DNA of 25,765 bases from Firmicutes bacterium TM09-10 (lineage in GTDB: Bacteria; Bacillota; Clostridia; Christensenellales; CAG-917): positions 1 to 25,765 of the forward strand of contig CAVABL010000002.1 of assembly GCA_963586735.1 (NCBI GenBank). Direction: 5' to 3'. Under the pieces are notes generated by a model that worked only from the letters and a program-made list of their open reading frames with translations, was not told where the DNA came from and did not search any database. A program made the translations under genes and the position numbers. Numbering within the stretch: position 1 is the stretch's first letter; each line of letters opens with the position of its first letter. Shown here piece after piece: positions 1 through 10,900 of the stretch.

Positions 1-200
1 AAAAAACAATGATTGTGACGAAAAAACAATGATTGTGACGAAAAAACAATGATTGCGACGAAAAAGCGATGATTGCGACTAAAAAGCGATGATTGCGACT
101 AAAAAGCGATGATTGTGACGGAAAATCGATGTCAAAGACGAAAAACCGATGATTGTGACGAAATAGCGCATTGTGTGGCGAAATGGCGGCGTGTGTGACG
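1..200. repeat. 20-bp non-coding tandem repeat array (consensus AAAAA[A/G]C[A/G]ATGATTG[T/C]GACG), ~8 good copies decaying to ~200-240; truncated by window start
   Basis: Units at 1, 21, 41, 61, 81, 101 and 141 are near-identical; 121, 161 and 181 are degenerate but in phase. The period of 20 is not a multiple of 3 and there are no spacers. Confidence 0.95.
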
Positions 201-280
201 AAACGGATGTCGATTTTGGCGAAAAAGCGTGTATTGCGGCGGAAAACGTCGAAAATTGCGTGGCGGCGTAAGCGGTAAGA

Positions 281-1336
281 TTAAAACCCGAAGTTGCCGG
301 GGGTGATGAAAAGTCCGCTTATGAGGCTCAAAATCGCCGCAAGAAGAATGACGTGAACGACGTAAACTATGAGGGCGTGTTTGCCGAAAAAGCAAACCGC
401 TTTTTCAATTGCTTTTGCAATTGCCGTCGTGACTTTGCCCGCGCCGAGCATAAAGGTGAGAGTGTTTGTCGAAAAGTCGCGAAGAGATTTCTTTTCGCTT
501 TCGACGTTGGCGTAAAGAGCGTCGCAAGTCTTTTTGTATAAATATCTGACAAGTTCAAAACGCACGAGGGAGAGTCGTTCGTAATAGAAAATTTGCCCTA
601 TAAGCACGCCGGCAAAATAGAACGCGGTGTAGGGGATGAGCGTGAATAAATCCCCGGGTGAAAAATCGTACTGCGAATAGAACAGGGACGCATTGCCTAA
701 AAAATCGTGAGGCGGAAACACGATTGCAAAGATTTTCGGGGTGGTCGCGGGCGGTGTGTAGCAAAAATAGAGGCATAGAGTGACTGTGATGAGCGCGACG
801 CTTGCAAGAATAATCGCAATGCGGTTGTCGCGCGTCACAAAGGATATGAGTGCGTAAATAAGCATCGATACCGCAAGGAAGTCAAGCACTCCGAAGGCAA
901 CGAAGACGCCGTCTATGCCCATTTGATACTGCGCAACGTACGAGCCGAGCGTGTAAACGAGCGCAACCGCAAGAAGTTGCAATCCCCGCTTTGCGTTGTT
1001 GCGCGAAAACGTGCACGAAATGCCCGAAATCGAGAAGAAAACGAACAAAACTATCGGGTGAATTACGTCACGAACGCCGCTTGCGCTGCCCGACACCCAA
1101 TTGTAGCAAAAAGTCGTGAAAGCGTCGCCGACGCCTCGTCTTGCAAAACCGTAACCGTACCATTGATTGCCAAAAAAACTGCCGAGCAACATTGCAAGGT
1201 GGTCGAGAATCATGAGGATGACGCACACGCCGCGGAGAAAGTCTATTTCCCAGATTCTGCCGCGCTTTTTGCGCGGCACGAGCGTGATTTGCGCATCGTC
1301 GCTTATCAACGGATTTTTTTCAACGGTTTTTTGCAT
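281..1336 (-). CDS. DUF1624 / heparan-alpha-glucosaminide N-acetyltransferase catalytic-domain-like integral membrane acyltransferase, 351 aa
   Basis: Family-typical motifs RIWEIDFLRG..LMILDH, F..ISGIS..FSRNN.KRG, FGVL, D.F.LIPY and FFGKHAL.VY..H, with multiple hydrophobic TM segments and stop TAA at 283-281. Confidence 0.85.
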   Translation of the reverse strand: MQKTVEKNPLISDDAQITLVPRKKRGRIWEIDFLRGVCVILMILDHLAMLLGSFFGNQWYGYGFARRGVGDAFTTFCYNWVSGSASGVRDVIHPIVLFVFFSISGISCTFSRNNAKRGLQLLAVALVYTLGSYVAQYQMGIDGVFVAFGVLDFLAVSMLIYALISFVTRDNRIAIILASVALITVTLCLYFCYTPPATTPKIFAIVFPPHDFLGNASLFYSQYDFSPGDLFTLIPYTAFYFAGVLIGQIFYYERLSLVRFELVRYLYKKTCDALYANVESEKKSLRDFSTNTLTFMLGAGKVTTAIAKAIEKAVCFFGKHALIVYVVHVILLAAILSLISGLFITPGNFGF

Positions 1337-1342
1337 AAAATG

Positions 1343-1371
1343 AATATAACACGATTGCCTCTCAAAGTCAA
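1343..1371 (-). promoter_or_regulatory. sigma70/sigmaA promoter for the DUF1624 gene, probably producing a leaderless mRNA
   Basis: The minus strand reads TTGACT (1371-1366), 17 bp ending in TGT, TATATT (1348-1343), CATTTT, ATG (1336). There is an extended -10 TGn and no SD. Confidence 0.7.
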
Positions 1372-1663
1372 ACCGTCGTTGCCGAGCAAAAATAAAAGAG
1401 AAAAAGCAAGCGTTCAGAATGTCGAAAAAAGCATATATACGGCGAAAATACGCAAAAAAAAGAGACGGGCGAAAAACGTTGCGGCGAAAACTTTTTTCGA
1501 GGAATCTAACCGTGGCAAAAACGGGGAAACGGCAAGAAAGGGAGTGTTAGAATGCCGAAAAAGCGAGAATAAGAGAAAAATTTCGCGCAAAACCGAGAAA
1601 AGAGAAAAAAACGAGAGTTTTGAGATTTTTTTGCGACGAGGGGCGCAAAAAAAACGACGTTTG

Positions 1664-1709
1664 CGCAACTTGTTGTGTCCAAAAGAGCGCGTCACCACAA
1701 CGTGTTGTT
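1664..1709. promoter_or_regulatory. Pair of imperfect 14-bp palindromes, candidate tandem operator
   Basis: CGCAACTTGTTGTG (1664-1677) and CACAACGTGTTGTT (1696-1709), 32 bp start-to-start, ending 25 bp upstream of the -35. Confidence 0.35.
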
Positions 1710-1734
1710 GCAATCGGCGCGCAAAGGTTGGGTA

Positions 1735-1763
1735 TTGACAAGGAACCGAAAAATTCGTATAAT
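1735..1763 (+). promoter_or_regulatory. Perfect-consensus sigma70/sigmaA promoter for the giant lipoprotein gene
   Basis: TTGACA (1735-1740), 17-bp spacer, TATAAT (1758-1763). Confidence 0.9.
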
Positions 1764-1782
1764 TGACTTGTATAATAATCTT

Positions 1783-1812
1783 ACGTATGCGCTACACGCG
1801 TGGGGCATGCGT
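1783..1812 (+). other. 5'-UTR stem-loop just upstream of the SD
   Basis: ACGUAUGC (1783-1790) pairs with GCAUGCGU (1805-1812) with one G-U; inner CUAC/GUGG closes an ACGC loop. Confidence 0.5.
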
Positions 1813-1815
1813 TTC

Positions 1816-1820
1816 GGAGG
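1816..1820 (+). promoter_or_regulatory. Shine-Dalgarno GGAGG
   Basis: GGAGG lies 5 nt before ATG 1826; there is an alternative in-frame ATG at 1832. Confidence 0.85.
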
Positions 1821-1825
1821 AGATT

Positions 1826-1900
1826 ATGAGAATGAGAAAGTTATCGCTCGTATTGTTGCTCGTGCTGGTAAGCGTTATGCTGTTCGGCATGGTCGCATGC
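1826..1900 (+). other. Lipoprotein (SPase II) signal peptide with lipobox; lipidated Cys25 at 1898-1900
   Basis: MRMRK (basic n-region), LSLVLLLVLVSVMLFG (h-region), MVA-C, followed by the disordered tether NPTTDGNKTNPVIPTPTPSPDDDDT. Confidence 0.9.
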
Positions 1901-4900
1901 AATCCGACAACGGACGGGAACAAGACGAATCCCGTCATCCCGACACCGACGCCGTCACCCGATGACGACGATACCGGCGAATACATAGGCTCGCAGCAAG
2001 CGTGGAATATATTCAAAGCGGCTGCGCTTGCGGAAGCCGGCGGTGAAAAGGACAAACGCTATATCAACGTCGACACGGCGTTTGTCATGGGATTTGCCAA
2101 AGACGCGTACGATTCGCTCATCGTTGCGCGTTTTGCAAGCAAGATAGACACGCAAGACGACGACGGAAGTCAGATTCTCATTGAATTCCGCAAACTTACG
2201 AACGCGGAAATCGCGGGAAGAAACACCGACTACGACTCCGTTTGCGAGATGGCGAAAAACGGTGAAGGCACTCTGCTTTTCGGCGCGTACTACTATGAAG
2301 GCAAACTCGTTGCCGATATGCGCGGAATCAAGAAGGGCGACGGCGTTCACGTGGTCTATACGGACACTATCGACATGACGAAATTCGTGTCGAAATTTTC
2401 CGACGCTCTTGACGAACTCAATCTCACATCGGTGCTTTACGACACACTCATGGGCTACGACATCGGCGGACTTGTCAACAGTCTCATCAAGATGGACATT
2501 GCCAAACTGACGGTCGAACAACTGCTCGTCAACATAATTTTCGGCGCAAGCAAGAGCACCCTCGTCGACTACGGCAACGGACGTCAAGTGCTTCGTATGC
2601 CGTGCGATCTCGGTCTTATCGTCAGTCTCATCCCGATCGTTCAGGGACTCATCCCCGAAAACATCATAGGGCTTGTCAAAGACGTGCTCGGGCTCGACCT
2701 CGGCAAACTCGGCGCATTGGCGGGCATGGCGCTCTATCTCGAAGCGGATATCGAACGAGGCTCGCTCAAGGGCGTCACGTTTGACATAGACGCAAATCTC
2801 AATTCTTATGGAATCGAAGGCTTGCAGGAAAAATACGGCACTTTCCAATCCGAATTCGGAATCACTCTCGGTCACGCAAAAACGACGTTTGCAGGCTTCC
2901 CCGACCTCGATGTCGTCGAAACTCTTAAAAATCGCGAAGGCGAAAACGGCAAAAACGTTTACGAAACGGTTGCCGAAGCTCAAAATAAATACTCCTTCCT
3001 TACGCTTGGCGGAGCAATAACTTTCTCTCTCGATTTCAACGAAAAAACGGTGTCGATTGACAATATCATCGGCTCTTTCGGCACTCTTTTGACAAATCTC
3101 CTCAATCAAAATCTCGACGCGAAGATGCTCGACGCGCTCAAACCGTTGTTTGCAAAAGAAATCAGTTTTGCCGACGGCACGGTGCAACTGACGATAAATC
3201 TTCAAGCGCATATCGACACTAAAAATTCAAAGAACACCAAATTCGCCGTTGAAATAATCGGTAACGGCGGTAAGAAACGCGTCACGGCGTACTACACGGG
3301 CGAGCGCAACGGCGTGTATATCGACGCAAGCGGTTTGCTCGGCTCAAACGGCACGAAGTTCAAGATTGACGACATCAACGTCAACGAATTGCTCTCGAGC
3401 CTCATCGACAAGGCGTTTGATGCAATCAAGGGCGCAATCGGCAATCTGCAAGGCGGAGCAACGACGCAAAACGTGCAACAAGCACTTGTCGACAGCGGCG
3501 AAATCGTCATCCAACACGGCGCGTATCAAGCGGCGGACGAAGAGGGCAGCGTCGACGTGTTGTCGCTTGTCAGCATGATTCTCGAGCATATTAACATCAA
3601 TAAGGACGAAAATATCTTCAACATCAAAGGCATCGAAGTGCAGTTGACGAGAGATTTGCTCGACACTATTTTCGACATGGTCTTCACGGGCGCAAACGCC
3701 GGCGCGGATATTCCGATTTCGGACGCGGCGCTCGTTTATACGAACTACGGCGCACAACAGGAAAAGACCCTCAATCTGACTGCCGACCTCGGCGTTTCGG
3801 GCGCAGAACCGCTCGTGAGCGTTGGACTCGGCGTTGAATTGTTGTTCGGAAAACTCGGCAACGAAAACGCGTTGCAAACCATTTTGAACAACCTCGACAG
3901 AGAACTCGAATCCAACCCGAAAGCGTATTTGCCCATCCTCAAAAACGGAAAATTCAACACCGATTTGTTGCACCTCAATCTGTCGACGGGACTCGTCATC
4001 GACGTGAATACTCTCGAGGGCGAACTTGCAAAACTCAACGTGAATTTGCCAAATCAGGACATCGGCTCGCTGTTCAAGGGCGTGCTCGTCAACGTCTTGC
4101 TCGAACTGGGCAACATTGACGGCGGACTTCAACTCGACGTCAACGCCGACCTCGACTTGACGCACGGCTTTAAGTCGGAAGATATTTTCGGCACGCTGCT
4201 TAAATCGTCGGCGAAAATCGTCGTTTCCAAACGCTCAAACGGCGAAGAAGTGCTGTCCGTCTACATGCAGGACGGCTATGCGTACATCAACGTTGACTTG
4301 CTTTGCGTAAACGTGAAGAAAGTCAAACTCGATTTGAGCGAGATTGCCGGATTGCTCGCAAGCGGCTCGGACGACGCGTCGGCACAGGCTCTCGTCGCGG
4401 GCGATACCACCGAAGAGGGCGGAACGGATATATCTCAAATCCTCGGTCTCGTGTCGGGACTTATCGACGGATTCAGCATCGGCAACCATGCAATCGAAAT
4501 CATGCTTGCGTCGAATTTGTTTGAAACCGTGCTCGGTATGCTCAATATCGAGGGCGTCGATATCCAATTTGCAAGCACGGAATTTGACGGCGGTATTCGC
4601 CTTGCCCTCAACGACGGAATCAATCTGTCGCAATTGCAACTCGGCGTTTTCGTGGCAATCGGCAACAACGTCAACTTCAACGTGTCTCTCAACGGCTTGT
4701 CGGCAGGCATGAACGACGTCGCAACTCCGTATTTCACGGACGACGGGCGCAACGCGAACGAATATACAGAGATTCTCGACTATCCGTTTGTGGCAATAGA
4801 TATGGCGCTCGGTCTCAGCGTCAACGCCGATCAAGGTAAGAGAGAACTCGTTTTCGGCGAAGGAACGCACTGGCTGAACGACGAGGGCGAATATATCGCT

Positions 4901-7900
4901 ATCGAAACTACGCCCGCTCCCGCCGACTACACGGGAAAATTCTACTATAAAGACATCAACGGCAACTTCAAGGTCGAAAACAAGACTACCGCAACGCTTG
5001 CGTTTGACGAGCAAATGGAAATCAACTACGAGTTGCGTATCGCAGGTCAACTCGACCTTTCGCCTATCATCGATTATGTGCTCGGCGCGGGACAGATTGA
5101 CACCGCAAACAACGTCAGCGAACTGCTCATCGAACTCACCGGCAGAAAATACGCCGAAGAGCGCAAAGTTTTGCTCGGCTTGTACTACACGGGGCGCGCA
5201 CTCTATATCGACGCGACCAATTTCGGACTCAATAAAGTCAAAACCGACATCGATTTGTACGAAGTCATATTGGCGTTGATTGCAAAAGATACCACGATTC
5301 AAATCAACGGCGTGTCTATTGCCGACGCTATGACAGCGGCAGAGGAAAGCGAGGACGCACAGGCTGCAAAGAGGGCTCTTGCGCTCGATATAATCGCGGT
5401 TTTGTCCTCGGATAACGTAAAAATCAAGATTGCGAAGGGCTTGACGGAAGTTTTGTATAACGTCATCGGCATCGACGCAAACGAAATCACCGCGTGGGCG
5501 CAAATCGCCTGGGCAAGCGTGCAGGATAAGTTTGACAATAAACCCGTCCGCATTGCAATCGACGTCAACAACGAGGCCGGCGCATCTGTCGGCGGTGCGG
5601 AAATCTACGTCGGCACGGTCCTCAGACGCCTCGACGAAAGCACCGGGACGTACGGCGACTATCTCGAAGCAATCAATTTCGCAATCGGCGGCGACGCAAT
5701 CGAACCGCTCAGAATCGTGCGCGAAAACCTCGACATCGCACTCACGGAGTACTTGCAAGACTCCAATAGAGGCACGTTCGATACAGTCGATCTCGTCAAC
5801 GAAAACGGCGACCTCACCATTCCGAGCATATACGCAGAACTCAAAGGTACGTTCAGCATCGGCGCGGAAGCGGGCAATCAGTCCTGGACGGTGGGCGAAT
5901 GGATCGCTCAATTCCTCGGCGACGACAATCCCGACATCAAATCGTTTGTAAATCAACTTCTCGTCACGTACAAAGTGCCCGTCGAAGCGGGAGCGGATAT
6001 AGGATTCCGCATTGCGCTCAACGCAAAACTCAATCCCGACGTTCCGATCGACCTCACGCAAAACGTGGCGTTCGTCAAATACGACAACTCGAGACTTGCC
6101 GAACTTGCAGACTATGCAGAAGTGTATAAACTCGTGAAGTCGAAATATACGCTCCTCACGGCAAGCGAGCGCGAAATCGGCGGAAAAGAGGCGTATACGG
6201 GCGACGTTTTCCTCAAACAGTATCTTGCGGACGGAATCGCTCTGAGTGAAGTCACCGACCTCGGCTACACGGGCGAGGGCTACGTCAAACTCAACGACAA
6301 CTACGTCAAAGTGAACGTAACCGAAGAAAACGCGGGCGCGTTCGGCACGATTTATACCGCGGCAAGTTTGCTCGATATAGGATATATCGCGGCGCACAGC
6401 GACATCGCAATCGAAATCTATAACAAAGCAATCGGCGATATCGACAGTATGTCGAATGCCGAAAAGAACGAACATATAATTCTCGCTCTGCGCTTGCAAA
6501 GCACGGGCGAAAACGTCGAGGGCAAGACGGTGAGCTCGGTCTATCTCGATCTCGGCACGGACTTCCATGTCGCACTTGCGAATCTCGATCTTGCGGCACT
6601 CATCGGCGGTCTTACGGACAAGAGCGGCGATTCAGGTGAAACGGCGTCTGCGGCGGCGGACGGCGGCATCGATATAATGAGTTTGCTCGGCTCGGTGCTC
6701 GGCGGCATAATCGGATATCTCGGCGTTGACTCGCAAGGCGTGAAAATCAACTTTGCCGAAGGTTTGGTCGTCACCCTCGTTCAAATGCTCGCAGGCAAGG
6801 AAATCAACCCCGAAAAGTTTGTCAAACTCAATTCGGACAGAAGTTATCTTGCGTTCCGCTGGAAGTATAATCTCGCGCTCGCGCTTCAGATCGATCCTGC
6901 AAAACTCAGCCTCGAACTGAGCGAAATAAATCTTGCGCTCGGAAAAGATACGGGTGTGTTGCCCGACGATTTCGACGATTCGATTTATACGACTATCGAC
7001 AACCTCGATACGCTTTCGGTCAATATCGAACTCGGTCTCGACCTCCAAATCAAGGGACAAGAAGAACAAGTGCGCCTTGAAAAATATATCGATTTGTTCC
7101 TCGCAGACCTCGGAATCACCCTCGGTCTCGATATGTTTGACGACATCGATTATCAAATCGGAATCAGCATCGGCGCAAACCTCGCTCTCAACGAACCGAA
7201 CGACAGTAATATCATTCTTGAAATAAAGAATAAGGTTACGGGTACAACTATACTTGCCGTCTACGTGGAAGGCGGAAATATCTATTTCGACTTCGGCATC
7301 CTCGGCAAAGAACCCTTCTATCTCGAACAAACGAACCTCTGCGAAACCGTTTGCGACGCTATCGTCAAGGCACTTGGCGACATAAGCAGCAGTGCAAGCG
7401 GCGACGCCGCAGTGGCGGCGGACGACTCGACGTCGAATCGCGCCGACGAACAAATGCAGGTCATATTTGACATCGCCGACGGCAAAATCGGCGTTCTCGT
7501 CATGCAAAACGTGCTCGTCGGACTTATTGCCGCGCTCACTTCAAACGGCAGCGGCAACCTCGACATCGCAGACATCGTCGAAAAACTCGACCTCGACATC
7601 ACCGTTGACGTCGATTTGCAACTCAAACCCGCAATCACGCTCGCCGTCAACCTCGACAGCAAACTTCTCGCGCTCGGCGTGAGCGTCGACAATATCGACC
7701 TTGCAACAGGCAAATACAGCGACGCGTATAAATCGGTTGCCGCAAAGGCAAAAGCGGGCATCCACGACGTCAACTACGTTGAAATCGCCGACGGCGAAGT
7801 CTACACCGACACGAGATACGCAAAGGACGAAAACGGCAACTTCGTTGAAGCGGAGGACGGAACGTATAAGAAGATTGCGTACTATGAAGAACTCAAAAAC

Positions 7901-10900
7901 GCGCATATCATCGCGCTCGATTTGAGCCTCATCCTCGACTACTATTCAAGCGCGACGTATACGCTCGTCACCGACGAAAAGGCACTCGAAGCCTTCTCGC
8001 CGCAGGATAGATATTCGCACAACGCTCACGACGGAAGATTCGTGCAAGACCCCGAAGGCACGTATATCCGCGACGGTTTTGCGTTTGACGAATTGCTCAA
8101 TATGATTTTGAGCAACGAAAGTTTGAAAGACGTGCTTTCAACCATGCTTCCGCAAATCAGAATCAACGTCGACGACGACGAATTCCATGCGGAATTGCAA
8201 AAAGATAAATTCAGTCTCGGCGACTTGCTCGAACGCGTCGGACTCAACCTCGTGCTGTTCGACCAGATTGACGACGGCATGAAAATCGACGTTCAGGCAA
8301 GACTCAATTTGCAAGAATTGGGCTTTGACGATATATCCAAAATCGACATCGACAATCTCAATCTTGACGTCGACACCATTCTGAAAGGGCTCGAAGCGTG
8401 CATAAGCGTCGATTTCGACTACGAAAATCGTCTTGACAAAGACGTCAAGATCAACGTGTATCTCATCAACGGCGTGCTGTATCTCGATCTCGAAGGCGTC
8501 GGCGGTCCGAAAGTGCAAGTCGACGTCATGGATTTGCTTGCGGATCTCGGCATCGAAATCGGCGGAAACTCCGACGCTAAAGTGGCGGCGGACGATACGA
8601 CGGAAGAGAGCGGTCTCAACGTTGCCGAACTTTTGAACATGATCGTTTCAAAACTCGTGCTTCAGGCAAGACCTTGGATCGAAACGGATACGACGAAGGG
8701 CAATCGCCTCGAATATCTCGGCGTGTTCGTCAAGGCAAACTTCATCAACGATTTGCTGTCAATGGTTTTCGGCACGAAGATGAATTCCAAAAATGTCATC
8801 GTCGACCCCGACCAAAGCGGAATTTATCTCTATCCGCAAACGGACAAATTCAAGCAATACGGCATGGACAACGCTCTGTCGTTGAGCCTCGAAGTCGCGC
8901 TTGCAAACAAGAAAGATCCTCTCAACAAGGACAAAAACGGCAACTTCAGACAATATACGTACGACATCGATCTTGCGCTTGACGCAACGATCGACCTCGA
9001 AAGCGTCGATACGAACGCCACGCTGCTCGATATGGATAAGAGAGTGGAGTTCATTTCGCTTGACGAGTACATCGAAAACATCGTCGCGCTCATCGGAGGA
9101 TTCAGAGGCGAAAACTATAAGAAAGAATCCAATCCCGCCGACAGCACGATTTACTACACCTTCAAAGAGGACGCAAACGGCGAATATTTGCTCAAAACGG
9201 GCATGTACCGCAAACCCAACTTCAACATTGACGCAAACGGCGCGTACGTGTTTGACGAAACGAGCGGAGAATACAGACTCGTCAACGACGGCGAAGTTCT
9301 CCCCGAAGGAACGAAACGATATAGTAAAGAAGACCTCGCGGGCGTGACAATGTATTCACGTGCGTATGCGATCGTGCGCACGAGCCCGGAAGACGGCAAG
9401 CAATACGCATATCACGTCACGTACGTTGCAGACGAGAACGGCGATTACGTTTACGACGCAGAAAAAGACGTTTACGTCAATCGTAACGACGAGGACGCAC
9501 CCGCAGGCGCAACGTATAAGAAAGTCGAAACCGCAATGACCGTCACCGAAAAAGACTCGGACGGCAAAGAAGTCACTCGCAACGCTCTTGCAAGCGACGT
9601 CAAACTGTACGAGAGATGCGACGTCGAATCCTATCAGGATCAAAACGTGTCTTTGAGCGTGAGCGGTTTGATTTACTTCAATTCGTCAAGTGCGGAAGTC
9701 GCCAACGCGGGCGGTTTGTTGCCGAACGCATTGCGCGATATGATAATCAATTTGCAGACTATGTCCGCATTCAACGCAGGCATCGGTCTCAGAGTGTCGG
9801 CGAACATCGACCTCGCCGCACTCGATTTGCAAGGACTTGCCTCGGGCGGAACGTTTGCGGAATTCATTGCGAACAGCGATATGAGCAAGGTTGAACTTGC
9901 AATCGAATTCGTTGACGTCAACGCGGACGGCTATTTTGCGAAATACGACACCGCAAAAGGCTCGAAAGACGGCAACGAAAAGGTGCTCGGCGGTTTGTAT
10001 TTGAGCGGCGGTACGCTTTATATCGACTTCACGGGCGTTGTCGGAACGGCTGAAAACTACTCGAAGATCGAAAACTTCATCAGTTTTGCAAAGAAAGTTG
10101 CAGACAAGATCGGAAGTCTCAACAATAAGGACGAACAGAACGGCGCAAGCACGGCAAGCGACGAAGTGCAGTCCACGGCGGAACGCGACGCACTCGTAAT
10201 GGTTGCGTACAGCGACGCAAGATTCCAAATTCAGCTCACCAGAGCGTTGATTGCGTTTGTGCTCGCATCGTTTATGCCCGACCTCGGCTCGCTCGAAGAC
10301 GTGTTTGACGTGTTTAACGTTTCGCTCGGCGTCGACCTCGGCGAACCCGTTTATAAGAAGATAAGCGAAGTTGCAGACGAAACGGAAAGAGCAAAATTCG
10401 ACAACGAATATAAGGAAGACAGATACAAATATTACGAGGAAGAAGAGTATTTTGACGCGACGCTTGACAACTATTATGTTGCGGGCGGTTCGTATTACGC
10501 CGCAAGCACCACAGACGTTTACGTGTTGAACGACAGCGGCGGAACGGTCGGCGAAAAAGACAGATACGACAAACTCGATTTGACGAACGGCAAGAAATAC
10601 GGCATTTACGGCGGAAACAGTCACGTGCAGATTACGGCGCAAGTGAACGGCAAATACGTCCACTCCAATTCCGATTACTACGCAAAGATTGACGAATCCG
10701 CAACGCCCGTCAGTTTGCGCAGTTACAGAATGTACAGAAACGGCACGAGCACGGTCACCGATACGTATATCGAAGGGCAAACCTACGTTATATTCAACGG
10801 CAGTCAGTGCCAGATAAAGAGTTTGCAAACTCGTAAATTCGGCTACGAGAAGGACACGGACGGCGAATATTATCGCACGGTCAATCTCTATACCGCAATC

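Noticed and set aside
1..200. Possible CRISPR array
   Set aside because: The repeats are contiguous with no unique spacers, only 20 bp long, and there are no cas genes in the window.
1626..1653. Inverted repeat as an intrinsic terminator
   Set aside because: It has only 3 G-C pairs and lies between divergent promoters where no transcript should end.
923..1738. 271-aa plus-strand ORF, and 1414-1713/1547-1741 on the minus strand
   Set aside because: They overlap the DUF1624 gene antisense and/or the A-tract promoter region, and their K/R/E or F/L composition simply mirrors the A-tracts.
1747..1757. CGAA-AAA-TTCG palindrome in the promoter spacer as a LexA box
   Set aside because: It does not match CGAAC-N4-GTTCG in spacing or sequence and is too short to support.
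1763..1791. Second TTGACT (1763-1768) and second TATAAT (1771-1776) as additional promoters
   Set aside because: They are only 2 bp apart, and neither has a good partner at 16-18 bp spacing (GAAAAA upstream, TATGCG downstream).
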